This document shows, piece after piece, positions 28,001 to 37,932 of a stretch of DNA of 60,488 nucleotides. The notes beneath the pieces are model-generated. The model ran no database searches and was not told where the DNA came from. It saw nothing but the letters and a program-made list of their open reading frames with translations. This DNA comes from Nemertoderma westbladi (taxonomy: Eukaryota > Animalia > Xenacoelomorpha). The stretch spans positions 1 through 60,488 of the forward strand of contig JAUCBJ010006657.1 of assembly GCA_032718475.1 (NCBI GenBank), read 5' to 3'. Made by a program: the position numbers and the translations under genes. The number at the start of each line of letters is the position of its first letter. Within the stretch, counting starts at the first letter, position 1.

Positions 28001-30278
28001 CAAATATAATTGCGACAATTCAAACTTCAGTAAATTGGGTCCGAATGAATTCAATACCATGTTAGAACATGTTATCCCTTTATATATTGGCATGGAAATA
28101 ATGTTTGTTGATAATATCAGTGTGCAGAAACGTGTGGTTAATGGAGGTCGCGGTATTGTCAAACAAGTGGTATATAATGAAGATGATCTAGAGTTTTTGT
28201 TAGGTCGGAAAGAACACCCACAACCCAACCATATTGTAGTTGATGTGTATGACCTCGATACAGACAGTGAACCATTACCTGAATTTCCAGACAACCCCAC
28301 ATGGGTTAGAATATTCCCCATAAGATCATATTTAAAACAGGCACGAAAACGTCATCATAAGTTTGCTGAAAATGTAGCACGTTTTAACCTTCCTGTTGTC
28401 CCAGTTCATGCAATAACTGTGCATAAATCTCAGAGTAATCAATATCCAGGCTCTCCAGTATATATTAATGTAAAAGCGGATGAGATTGCTCAAGGAAATT
28501 TGGCCTTGGCAAACCAATTATTAACAACAGCCGCATCTCGAGCAGATAGTTGCAAGAACCTTTTTGTGGAGCCTTTTTCACTGGAGACGTTTTTGAAGCT
28601 TGGTACTTCAAAAATGGATGTTAAGAGGCGAACTGAGGAAAATGAGCTTCTTACAAACTCAAAATCATTTTTACATAAATATGTCAGTAACATATCAAAA
28701 AAAGCAGTATCTGTGTCAACAACCGTTCATTCAAATGTTGTGGGGGGTGTGGGCCTGCCAGAACCAAGACATCAACCCAATCAAGTGATAACACGATCAG
28801 TTGGCATTGACCCGGGAACAGAAAACATGGGCATTGCTATTTGGCACAAAGAACCCCGATCAGCACCACTCTTGATATTTTGTGCAAAGGTGACACTTTG
28901 TAGTGCTGTAGACCGATCAACCAACAGTTCAAAGCTAATTGATATTATACTGAAGTCTGAACCAAGATTATTGCCATTTCTAACAACCAGAAATCCACAT
29001 GATAGCCCATATATTCCATCTTGTTCCATCTTAGCTGTAGTAGTGGAACAATTTCCATCTTATGCATCACTACGTTGGATGACAAAGAGTATCGTCGATG
29101 GTCTTCGTATCTTTGTTAATAACTGCTCACCATTTCGTCTCGAAAATAACACTCTAAAGGTGCATCATAATTCTGGGTTTTTGCTACATGCATCGCGGGG
29201 ACCTCTAGCTTATTTACCGAAGCTAGTGAAGGGTCTTCATATTACGCTTTATTTAAGAAGACCAACTTATGCTGATCAATTCAGTGATATACAACAACAG
29301 GAAAGAGCTAGAACTGCAGATAGAATTAACAGAAAACAACAATCAGCAAAATTAGCCAGATCAGTTCTTTCTGGAGAGTCAATGAAATTTTCAAATGAAT
29401 TGCAAGTTTCAGAAAGTGTAATAGACGAATTTAAAGATCTGGTTTTATCGAAGGCAGATGATTTTGGTGATGCTATGTTACATGGATTGTATGAACTGTT
29501 GATTCTTCGAATTGAATCCATGCATGCATCCCACTTTGTAGAGATGCATAGACAACAAACGTTGTTTCAAATTGGCAGTATTCGTTTGGTTGTCATTTCA
29601 CCAGGTCCAAAGTGGACTTTGTTAACCATCATGAGATGGAATGCCGTAAATTCCACAGTTATAGAAAGACTTATTCTTAAACGAACTCCTTATGATAAAT
29701 TTAAAGTTCCACTTGAGAATGCCAAGTTGTTTAGTGACAATGTAACTGTAGATGAACGAGTTATCGCTTGGCAGAACGAATTATCAGAACAGCTGTTAAC
29801 TAGTATTCGGTCACTAACTAACTCTGAAAGGTTTGGTTTTACAGCAACCAAGTTCGTTTTGATTCTAATGCGAAATTTACATCCTCGCGCACCAATGCAA
29901 CGATTTCTAACCAAGGATATGAAGACTCTATTCTCGCCAGCTAGAAACATCGAGGATGTTTTCTTCAAGACATTCAACGGTGTGCCCAACATCTGGCACA
30001 TGATTGGATCTGGAGAATCACGTTTCCTTCATGAAGCATGGGAAATTGTTCCAGAATTAATTACCAGAGTACAAGGTTACATCACTATCCGAGAGAAAGT
30101 CGAGGCATGTTTAGAGCTCATCACAGATGACACAACTTTCAGTAACCTCGAATTCACTCAACAATCTAAAACTGATATCGACCAGTTTCGTGAATGGGCT
30201 ATCCAAAAACGTATGATGGAAACCATTATACTTGGGCTTCATGCGTTGAAGAAACAAAAACATTTGAAGCTCCGATAA
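22095..30278 (+). CDS. Helitron-like (Helitron2/Helentron-type) Rep-helicase transposase with C-terminal RuvC/A22-like resolvase
   Basis: Uninterrupted 2727 aa. Two N-terminal C2H2-like fingers; DUF6570-like segment (LPKCTASERCMIA…VRSDVVRMWAQHLLSNRSSY). Rep motifs PNLFITF, EWGPSRAVQHWHFL (HUH) and YAVKY. Pif1 motifs GLPGSGKS, LDEISM, GDFAQLPPV, AITVHKSQ and AASR. C-terminal GIDPG…VVEQ…RKQQS…KADDFGDA. Confidence 0.9.
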   Translation: MSDQFIDISSGHNDLDMPVQLPYKCSLCSKAFSSLRGLSLHKRRSMKCATLSNQTLMSNQSGEAADSIDERPLSLNCYVCNAVFTSVRGLNVHHQRSDICAKAQYNLTKIKKRTYSEFKQKEQAVDTEAGSRKRTCPQFRLVEQSKDTAARREKRVSSPVRLIEQSKNTAARREKRVSSPVRLIEQSKNTAARREKRVSSPVRLIEQSKNTAARREKRVSSPVRLIEQSKDTAARREKRVSSQVRLIEQSKDTAARREKRVSSQVRLVEQSKDTAARREKRVSSQVRLVEQSKDTAARQEKRHTSEVRLVEQSKNTAYRRERRTLSVRQDTSSVNEQNTNIPQSFTSAEEPEQSCSSQDNVPHQRSRSRKKPPVKIPVSSSDRVKYSSRCELYKELENEVKFLKNTLHNWGVPKCHKDIDNVLSGIDSKNDEEATIFKTVVYPPIKKASERMQLPLWSWDQRERKHTQYLIETEQLDVQKMRQQDTEYVTQVMDDCVFKYSSGWQLKQCSMCHEVTIRLGVELLSGDCLKCKLASARRSKAASKTSRQDVALQVTLSPNEFNKSIGKLPKCTASERCMIAKQQAFTSVKFDFIRRHRFACHSIVVSHNLKQTIENMIPHTEYADHVVVVAKDVSGEHIRRMKVRSDVVRMWAQHLLSNRSSYRKIISNDKLLDSLQSGIYNSHCERPLGIDQLTCESEIINDVQHDMYAQSDSAAHQMFRVGDNLNGYIQTGIREAVQKQLRGTRHDIEISGMWNEKVSSHNWKLQEQFPDLHADGQKSITDILFYEDDDGNTRRTHLDILKRALSHQLKYAVEQPDGSHRWPYAEDDVYSFVVYDQLHLVSAFDGIRFYLHNEGEIDNLSTDELLKAFKNGHPETVAPLLIAHLRRYPHSTERWKQIRYELNSLCMSAGFPNLFITFNNNLRTDYGVRRIVYLSEYGINKMFNPTWFVKRDTWNKLLDKHAALVEQYLYFKVELMSRTFFQKVLGVDISTGWYWGRSEWGPSRAVQHWHFLVRIAQVLEPILLAHLVHRARCIKEYWSAGKMVENYRDEAIRILRVGQLAETYLRNLFDSLITTDFIDTSGNPVNLDELLRNHNLLPEEQQYSPEHHPLMRDPVNQPDLCEPKWFDQAVQAALAQVHKCIPENCGGNPQGIGCRHGGIKPLRDSTKVGFTKSSSTMDYTECRVLTKRSHKSFTRLNNINPILQRYWRANTDTTVICCAFTVIRYAVKYAAKSTSRLSCIDEVVSKLMELTESQPDVSIHSIVRRLAIAHAFNPVDMSRRQLLFHALQLPDVIKCMPRIISLKCSQSAPILANVSRVSTDSSMLHVEECIDDIDNDTDDFSDNSDVEDDRLPSQTNVCERRENVEANEDIYNVKSLFIVPPKSALNSYIQRNNYSNWPTEKVGCIENISYFDYLLSVNLVYRKAQLEYIHQSVSHRYPRVPHIVPQMVTDRPESIVLDQGTTWGNLHRETRQALQNLRMECLSFIPFTSTELFISKDLAESIKCGESDVICAYKQFQDIWVNNLKERSLPTINRIAIINNQLQPYNDPCFRFRIFQNTYKSEIDHNRHILSIRSEFNCVPLDIDHSSQMDSASDSLFDPTLVDLDVEKVSINLLLADEINVECFIQPDRLLSSFVEETDNKCIESVVYINVKEATYDFMLKRWKLLRLSSKTFKGGPKKPRSDLKQLNTQQQLAVDMMTLNTVNGKPSVKTLLLTGLPGSGKSEVIKQIHYHLGVEKVLLLGTSGVAAANLNCATFEGFFGIYQNKTQWDHHKLSDRQTLIKELIGGVEGVILDEISMAGANTLALLDSSLRHATGNEQLFGSRKVMLVGDFAQLPPVHSKPIWDRPTNLASDRPTNHHIQTSRAVAQIGFQIYRNNFRKNVICLDKVYRYDDELSTIINNIRNGTQTERDYDELFKSMNKLGMVPNRATLGEKVISLMYDNHPRMLRNAIECMDEVSELNIDIYLSIAKYNCDNSNFSKLGPNEFNTMLEHVIPLYIGMEIMFVDNISVQKRVVNGGRGIVKQVVYNEDDLEFLLGRKEHPQPNHIVVDVYDLDTDSEPLPEFPDNPTWVRIFPIRSYLKQARKRHHKFAENVARFNLPVVPVHAITVHKSQSNQYPGSPVYINVKADEIAQGNLALANQLLTTAASRADSCKNLFVEPFSLETFLKLGTSKMDVKRRTEENELLTNSKSFLHKYVSNISKKAVSVSTTVHSNVVGGVGLPEPRHQPNQVITRSVGIDPGTENMGIAIWHKEPRSAPLLIFCAKVTLCSAVDRSTNSSKLIDIILKSEPRLLPFLTTRNPHDSPYIPSCSILAVVVEQFPSYASLRWMTKSIVDGLRIFVNNCSPFRLENNTLKVHHNSGFLLHASRGPLAYLPKLVKGLHITLYLRRPTYADQFSDIQQQERARTADRINRKQQSAKLARSVLSGESMKFSNELQVSESVIDEFKDLVLSKADDFGDAMLHGLYELLILRIESMHASHFVEMHRQQTLFQIGSIRLVVISPGPKWTLLTIMRWNAVNSTVIERLILKRTPYDKFKVPLENAKLFSDNVTVDERVIAWQNELSEQLLTSIRSLTNSERFGFTATKFVLILMRNLHPRAPMQRFLTKDMKTLFSPARNIEDVFFKTFNGVPNIWHMIGSGESRFLHEAWEIVPELITRVQGYITIREKVEACLELITDDTTFSNLEFTQQSKTDIDQFREWAIQKRMMETIILGLHALKKQKHLKLR
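22512..23062 (+). repeat. 63-bp coding minisatellite, ~9 copies (RLIEQSKDTAARREKRVSSPV)
   Basis: Near-identical in-frame 63-bp units in the RepHel N-terminus. Confidence 0.95.
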
Positions 30279-33267
30279 TATACACTTTTATACGTTCTAC
30301 GTCGCCCTTAATTGGTACCGAGTTTAGCTTTATACATGAGAAAACTGATGGGATAGTCCTTCTAGAACGCATTATTCCTCTTGCGCGTTGTCATGGTGAC
30401 GACTACTTAATATTAGAAACTTAAAGTATTTTATCAATTCCGTATGTGTACTATTAATATCTCTTGGATGGATAAATAAAGACATTATTATTATATCTAT
30501 TTTTGCTTTATGTTTATTGTTATTTATATTCTAATTTATAAACTAATTTAGTTTTGGAACTTGTCATCAGTTTTTAAGCGTATTGGATCCTTTTTTTGTC
30601 CTTTTTTTCCATTGTTTTTTCTTTTCTTTTTTCGGAAAATTCACTCTGCTGTTACATGTTGTAGCAGGTGTCAATTCACTACAACAACTGTTGTCAACAA
30701 ATTAATGCAAATCTAATAATTGGTCATTGTTAATTTGTATTGTTCTGGGGTAATATCAACTCTTCTTATATTTTCAGTGTTTATATGGGACTAACAAAAC
30801 TGCAGTAGTAATTACATTGTTGTACTTTTAAATGTTCATAATTTTCTATTGTTCTATAGCTACCATTTATCAATTTAAATTAATTACACTTTATTTGAAC
30901 CAACTACAGCATCTATAATTGGCGTTGGGTTCATTCATTCACAATTTTAGCATTCCCGTTGATATCAAGTTTCCTTTCCCTCTTTCCGCATTTCCCTATT
31001 TTAATTAATTTACTTATGATCTCTTGCTGGTAATTTAAAACAGTGCTCTTCTTAAAGGGGATTCTATTCAACAACGCTAAAACACCTACACAACTTATTT
31101 AAATATTTCAAAGCACATTTCCTAGCTCTTTTTTTTTTTTGGAAATATCAATTCCTTTTAATACTTCTTTTGAACCTTGTTTTATCCTTATTTTCTTGCC
31201 TTGGAGTGCGTCTTATCCTTTTTTTACTTATTTTAAAATATCCATTCCTTTTTTTTCTCAATTTTTTTTGGCTGGGAGGGCTGCAACATAGTCACGGAGT
31301 GTTGTAGGCCGTCAATATAGACCTGTCTACAGAATCTCATTGTCTAAGAGGCGGTTCGTTATTATTATTTCTAAATTTTGTAAAGGGCTGGGAGAAGGCG
31401 TTCTAGAATGCTTTGGAAATTTAATATAGGAAACCACTGAAAATCGGAATGCATTCTAGAAGCTTTGAAGGGAACCACACATATAGGGAACAGTAGCCTA
31501 TAGAACTTGTATCTATGGTACACTCTCATTTGTGCAATCGTTTCATCTGCGTTAATTATATTATGTTTTGATTTTAAATCAACATTTAATACAATGATTA
31601 ATTCGATGATTATAATATACAATACATATCTATTTACATGCATTTACATTCATGTAATTAAATTAAAATGTCAATGGAAAATGCCATATAAAGTAAGTTG
31701 CTATTAAAAATGCATTTCTATCGGCAGATCTCTTCAGATTCGATGTTTAGCTATTGACGTTGTTTTTGTTTAAATAACTTTTTGATATGTTGATATTTCG
31801 TATATACTGTAACCTGCTCCTTTCCCTTAATTAATAATTAATATTGCTAATTTATCAGAGACAAGATATTAATTCGCCGAGATGGGCTTAAGAATACAAT
31901 TAAGTATTACGTTGTTAACTCCGTATAACATTTAATTCCATTACTGCTACTGGTCATAAAATATAATTTGCGTGTGGCCTTCCAGAAGCTAAGATAAAAG
32001 CAGTTAATTAAGCTTTAATTAAGTTATACGGTAAAAAAATATCATATTTCTGCCTGCCCTGTAATGGTAATTAATTATTTTATAGTATAATATATAAATA
32101 ATTATACAGCTGTAATCCCCATACGCCATTCCATTATAGTTTTTAATTAGTTCAAGTGATTTGCTTTAAGAAATGTGTTTTTAATTTAATAAACGTAGCA
32201 TAATCCATCATTCCATGGCGTGCTTGCTCTTGCCGGTGGTGCTGAGAATCAGTCCAACCAGTTCCACTTCACCACTACTCCAGGAAAGTGTAATTGCATC
32301 TATAGGACATGCAATAGTGTTAGGCGTTTAGGCCCCATACTAATAAGACAGCTTGCTTATTGTTTATCTCGCAAAATGATTGGCTGATTATTTAGAATAA
32401 CGATACGACTTGAATATATTATTTAAAAAAAAACAATTTTCTGTTAATACCTGCATGTCATCAACCGCATCTGTGTGCCTTTGGGTTGGGATGGTGCAGA
32501 TTAAAAGGGGGTTGAAAGCGATCAACTTTCCCCTCGCCCTCGATGATTTATTTGCGGTTTGGTTAATTTCTTAAAAAAATATATAGATTTTGTGATACAA
32601 TTGCTCAACTTTAATATAATCTCATAACTGAGCCTCGTGCTGCGCGAAGGCCCCACGAACGTGTCCTAAGGACGTATATATACGTCCTGGTGTTTATTGC
32701 TGCCAATGGGGATGATTCAAGTTTAGGTTATTCTAGCAGTGTTTATCCATTGCTTAGGACAGTATACTACCCGTTTTAGTTAAAAAAGTGATCGGAGTTT
32801 GAGTTAGAGGTTGGAATTCAACCAATCAGTGATGAGCTCCTTTTCAGAGACAGCAGGCTGCTTATTGAAAGCAGATTGATTGTACCTTGTACTGTACAGT
32901 AGGATATGGCAGAGGTTTGAATGAGTAGCCCTTGAGAATTCCAACCAATCAGAGTTTATTTCCCTGTCAAGCTTGACACTGTAATAATCTACTTTGTAAA
33001 TAAATAAATACATGACTGAAAAGTGAAAAGTGAAATCATGGTATTCTTCATATTGGTGAATTACGTAATTGTATTTCGTAAATAAAATAATGGGAATGAT
33101 GATTGTTCCTGTACTAGCATCCTGGTGGATTATTGTGGTAATTCTGCAATAATGAAGCTATATTGCATTTTAGTATTACAATAATTATTCATTTATATTT
33201 ATCATTCATTTATAGTTTATATCCAGGGCTCTGCCTTGATAAATGCTTTGCAGATTATCATTGCCAA

Positions 33268-33965
33268 TTTATCACTGCCAATTCGGCCATTAAATATTGT
33301 TATACCTGAAGCAATACATAAGGCTAAAAGTCTATGACCATATGTATTGACTACTATGTCCTTATTTACTCTACTAGACTGTACACAACTTGTTGCAAGG
33401 TCTAAGTCGTCACATACATAGTTATCCGGTAAATATTCCAGTAGATTGGACAGGCCAAGCGAATCATTATCAATATAATCATTTATAATGCCTGTTCCTG
33501 TGTTTAGTTCACCACAATTAACAACTTTTCAGAATCACTTATAGCACTAATAATAGTATTCTCGATAAAATCGAAGGTTGATATGGGATCACTTTCTTGT
33601 GCAGTCGATTTTGAAGGCGGGAATATAATATACTGCACATATTGGGAGACTTTGACCAGCTCTAAGCCAGAGTATGTCTTCATGAGGGAAAATATCCTCC
33701 AATGTGATTTAGGCGCTTAATTCCTGCTTATAATATATAATAATTATTCCACCACTAAAACGTTTTTATGCTTTGTCGCACTTTTATGCTTTGATTTACG
33801 ACAATTTACAAAAAATGTATAACCAAGAATATCAACACTGTGAACAAAGTTAGGGTTCAACCAGGTTTCAGCGCAGATAAATAGGTCATATTTACTAACG
33901 AGCATCAGGAAGTTAGGATCACCTAATTTCGAAATCAGTCCATCGACATTTAAAAAACCCACGTT
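33268..33965 (-). mobile_element. APE-endonuclease (5') part of an RTEX-like LINE
   Basis: GFLNVDGL…YDLFICAETWL, YIPPS, and VNTYGHRLLALC…IFNGRIGSDK; overlaps the 10400-12766 fragment by 26 bp. Confidence 0.8.
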
Positions 33966-34199
33966 TAAGTATGCTGGTGTAAAAGAAGAGAGGCCATTAT
34001 TGGAATATTACATAAGCTCTGTGTCATTATATTTGCCTGTCAGTGTTCAAACCTCTACGGCAAACGCTCGAGTCTTACACCCCATAAACGGCATAAACTA
34101 CAAAAGAATGTATAGAATCAGGCAGGACAGTTTCCAGTTTAGTTCCTGTATGTTTCAATATAGTTCGTGCGTTTAGATGGTTAAAGCTGTAAACGACGA

Positions 34200-34445
34200 T
34201 GGTGGTAGGTTGAAGGCCCTTCACATAATGTTGTTTATGGACGACACTGTTATTTTTGTGACCTCTCGCGAAAATTTGATAATGACATTTGATTACGTTA
34301 CATTTTCGCGCCCAGTCTGGTATGATTGTAAATCAAAAGAAAACTGAATTTCTTGCTGTGAATGGAACTCCAGAGGATAAAAGAAAGATCGAAATTGACG
34401 AAGTTACTGTAAATAATTGAGATAGATATGTGAACTTGGGGTAAG
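34200..34445 (+). mobile_element. Small LINE RT fragment
   Basis: LHIMLFMDDTVIFVTSRENL…GMIVNQKKTEFL (RT domains 5-6). Confidence 0.6.
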
Positions 34446-34978
34446 TTATGTGACTACACCGATGATATGCGGTTTCAAGATTACGTTTAATCGGGTATTA
34501 TAATCAATCATAAAAATGATCGATGTTATCCTCCCCCCCCCCCCCTAACACACTGACAACGTATTGTCAATGTGTTACTATACTGTAGCGGGCACAAATG
34601 ATAACTTCAAATATAAATTACATAAATTATATTTTATAATTAATTAATTATTGATACTAAATTAAATAAGTTATACATTAGGTATAAATTAATATTCTAA
34701 AAGACCACTGGGTAGGTCGACCTTCCTTTATCAGTTCCATTTGTTTGTTCCTACAATATTGTTGGATAGGGCCTCCTAAGTGGAACAATATTTATATTTC
34801 CGGTAGTAAAACTATAGAATTTTCTAGTAACAACTATTACAAAATAAAATGTTGTTTCTTAATAAAACGAATCCTAATATAATTTATTTAGTCTATTCTT
34901 CCTTGAGGGAAAGAAGAAGTTCAGGTAATTAATCAGATCGAGAGACTAGAGACTTTCCTTCCCTCGATAAACAACAGA

Positions 34979-37077
34979 TTACTGATTCTCCACGCTGTGC
35001 TGGTTGCGTTTATGGGTCGATAGATTCGATGTTTGGGAGAACGCTTTACCACAAGTATCACAGATGTAGGGTTTATCTCCTGTGTGGATACGTTGGTGGG
35101 TTTTTAGATCGGAACTCCTGGTGAATGATTTACTACAGACGTTACAACTGTAGGGTTTATCTCCTGTGTGGATACGTTGGTGGGTTGTTAGATAGGAACT
35201 TGTGGTGAATGATTTACTACAAACGTTACAAATGTAGGGTTTATCTCCAGTGTGGATACGTTGGTGGGTTGTAAGATGGGAACTGTTGGCGAATGATTTA
35301 CTACAGACGTTACAACTGTAGGGTTTATCTCCTGTGTGGATGCGTTGGTGGGTTGTAAGATGGGAACTGTTGGTGAATGATTTACTGCAGACGTTACAAC
35401 TGTAGGGTTTATCTCCTGTGTGAGTACGATTGTGTTGTATTAGAGAGCCGTTCTCTGAGAAAGCTTTGTTGCACATAATACATTGGAACGGTTTCTCACC
35501 AGAGTGAGTGCGTTGGTGGCGTGTTAGATGGGACTGTGTGCTGAAACCTTTACTACATGTAGAGCAGCTGAACGGTTTCTCCCCGGAATGAGTGCGTCGG
35601 TGGGTTGTTAGACTGGACTGTCGGCTGAAAGCTTTACTACATGTAGAGCAGCTGAACGGTTTCTCGCCTGAGTGAACCCGTTCGTGCTCCATTAGTTGGG
35701 ATTTATATCCAAACACTTTCCCACAAGAACTACATCCCAAACAATCAACAGGTTTATCTAAACTGGAACGTTCCTTAGGACCAGTAGGAACGTTGGAACC
35801 CGAACCTGTTGGAGTAGAACCGGGTTCCTTGTGTTTCCGTTTTAAATGGGAAACGAGAAAAGATTCCACGGTGTAGACGATGTCGCAATGTTCGCAAGGG
35901 AATTTATGTAAACTCTTATCGTGAACTAAATCTAATCTCTTCCGCTCAGCACATCCACCTCGACTACTTTGGTGTCTAAGAATTGCCTCCTGATTATCGG
36001 ACCGGTAACTTCCACACCCGGTACACAGAATCATCCCGTCTTCCATAACTTTCATCCCCAATATCTTATTCTTTGGTTGTTTGGTAATTAATCCCAATTC
36101 CTCCGCGTATTCCGTTCCGTACCAAACAAGGAGTTCCGTACCGGCTGCAACTGGTTTACAGACCCGATAATACATATCCTCTCTGAACTGGAAAGCACTA
36201 ACTGTTTGTTCCTCCTCCCATTTGGCGCAGTTTACGAAGCGCATCCAATTAGACTTGTACTCCCATCTCCCGCTGACAGTAAAGAATTTACCCACATCGT
36301 CCAACATCAACCAGCTGTAACCGTCAGACTTGCCGGGTTTAGGTTTACCAGGTTTCCTCTCTCCGCCATAAGGGCCAAATAATGTTCCCGGATTCAAGTC
36401 GACCTTGGTAAACACTCCTTTATTATGAATCTGAGATTTCTTTATCTCCAAACACGAGGGAATTGTTCTGCTGCCCCGGTTCCTTCCTCCACGAGTGGTT
36501 TCGGTATTCGGTACGAAGTTAAACTCCCCGTGTACCGGACACTGTAAGTCACTATATTCCTCGCTGCAATGGTCGCAGAATATAAAGTTATTGAATGATT
36601 TTATTGGACAGTTGCGGTTGGCGTAATCGACTTCCTTTCTGGGTCGTAAACCACATCGGGGTTCGAAAGGAGCCGTCGATTTAGGAGAGACGATGACATT
36701 TAAATCCGACTCAACTGTAGAAGAACCCGAAATCTCTTCAACTATTTCTTCTCCCTCGGCTACTGAGGCCGGACTTCCCCCACTAGAAGTCCTTCCCGCT
36801 CCCGAACCAACGCGTCCCAAACTGTTAGCGAGTTTATCGTTAACCGATTCCTCGGCACTCGGTACACATGGACCAACAGTATCCGAGTGTCTACCGGAAC
36901 TGACGTCATCCAACAGATCGATCGCTGTATCAGATCGATCCACATCGGGAATACATTCCAGCTGTCCTTTTATTTCCTCGATGGAATCAGTTGTAACGAT
37001 AAACGATGACGAATTAAAACCTCCTGTTTCCCTGATAATATCGGTCGGAGATAAAGTCACTGAGTTCCCTTCTGCGG
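34979..37077 (-). CDS. PRDM9: PRDM9-like histone methyltransferase, coding exon 2 (SSXRD, Zn knuckle, PR/SET, C2H2 array)
   Basis: SSXRD-like GLRPRKEVDY; knuckle FCDHC…CPVHG; SET with FGPYGG, SNWMRFVNCA, MYYR and ELLVWYGTEY; one post-SET finger plus 9 tandem C2H2 fingers with TGDKP/SGEKP linkers. Predicted acceptor TTTCAG at 37078. Confidence 0.88.
34995..35735 (-). repeat. 84-bp zinc-finger minisatellite
   Basis: Four nearly identical CNVCSKSFxxSSxLxTHQRIH units and two CSTCSKxFSxQSxLTxHxRTH units; variation is concentrated in the recognition helix. Confidence 0.9.
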
Positions 37078-37932
37078 CTGAAAGCGGCCATGTTTAATTA
37101 ATTACTAATTTTATAGAAGTTTTAATTGGTTAATAATATATCCACATATTAAATTCTTATTCATTGATATATTGATTGATTAAATGAATATTAGCATATC
37201 TCGAGATATGCACATTATTTTTGGGAACTTATTTATGATGCAAAATATACCAAATCTCTAGAAGTTTCAAACTTGTTATTATCATGCCGTGTTAATAAAA
37301 GTTAGTGTAATCGCCCACTCTGAGCAAGCAGGTAGTTTCATTTAGGCTATTAACCCTAGCTGGCCCGGGCTAATTTACTACCCGGTACGTAGGCTACAGT
37401 AATTGGCCCGTGGGGGTGGTGGGGAGGTCATTTTAGACAATTTTTAAATCTTTGTCTTAAAAATTCAAATTTTGAATGTATAAGAGTTTTCAAGATCGTT
37501 GATCACGATAATGCTAAAAATATTTTCTGGCGATTCAACCATCATTGTTAGTGTTATTTATAGCAAAATGCCTTTGGTTTGGCAATTCTGAAGCTATACA
37601 GGTGTTCAAGGTCGCTGATCACGATAGATCTCGTTAAAAATCATTCGAGGTAACGCAACAATCGTTTTGTTGAATTTCTCCAAATTAAATTCATATCGAG
37701 AAAAATCATTTTGAAATTACCAATTGAGGGAAAGGAACAGTTTATATAGATTGTACTTTCTAACAAAAATAATAAACGAATATCATTAATTAAATTAATA
37801 AGTAATTCAACAGGACTAAGAATGATCCAACTCTATAGCAAATGGAGCGGAAAAAAATGAATTAATTAAAAATCATTAATTAAAAATTAATAAAAATGAG
37901 TCTAGGTTACAGTGTCAGCATACTACAATATA

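Noticed and set aside
28790-30278. Fanzor/TnpB (RNA-guided RuvC) associated with a Helitron
   Set aside because: GIDPG fits, but there is no CxxC zinc finger or RDxNA(A) RuvC-III motif; KxDDxxD and RKxxS instead match A22/Ydc2-type resolvases.
32804-33013. Possible TTF-type zinc-finger/hAT transposase remnant (WLEFS…LCH)
   Set aside because: Too short and missing key cysteines; cannot be supported.
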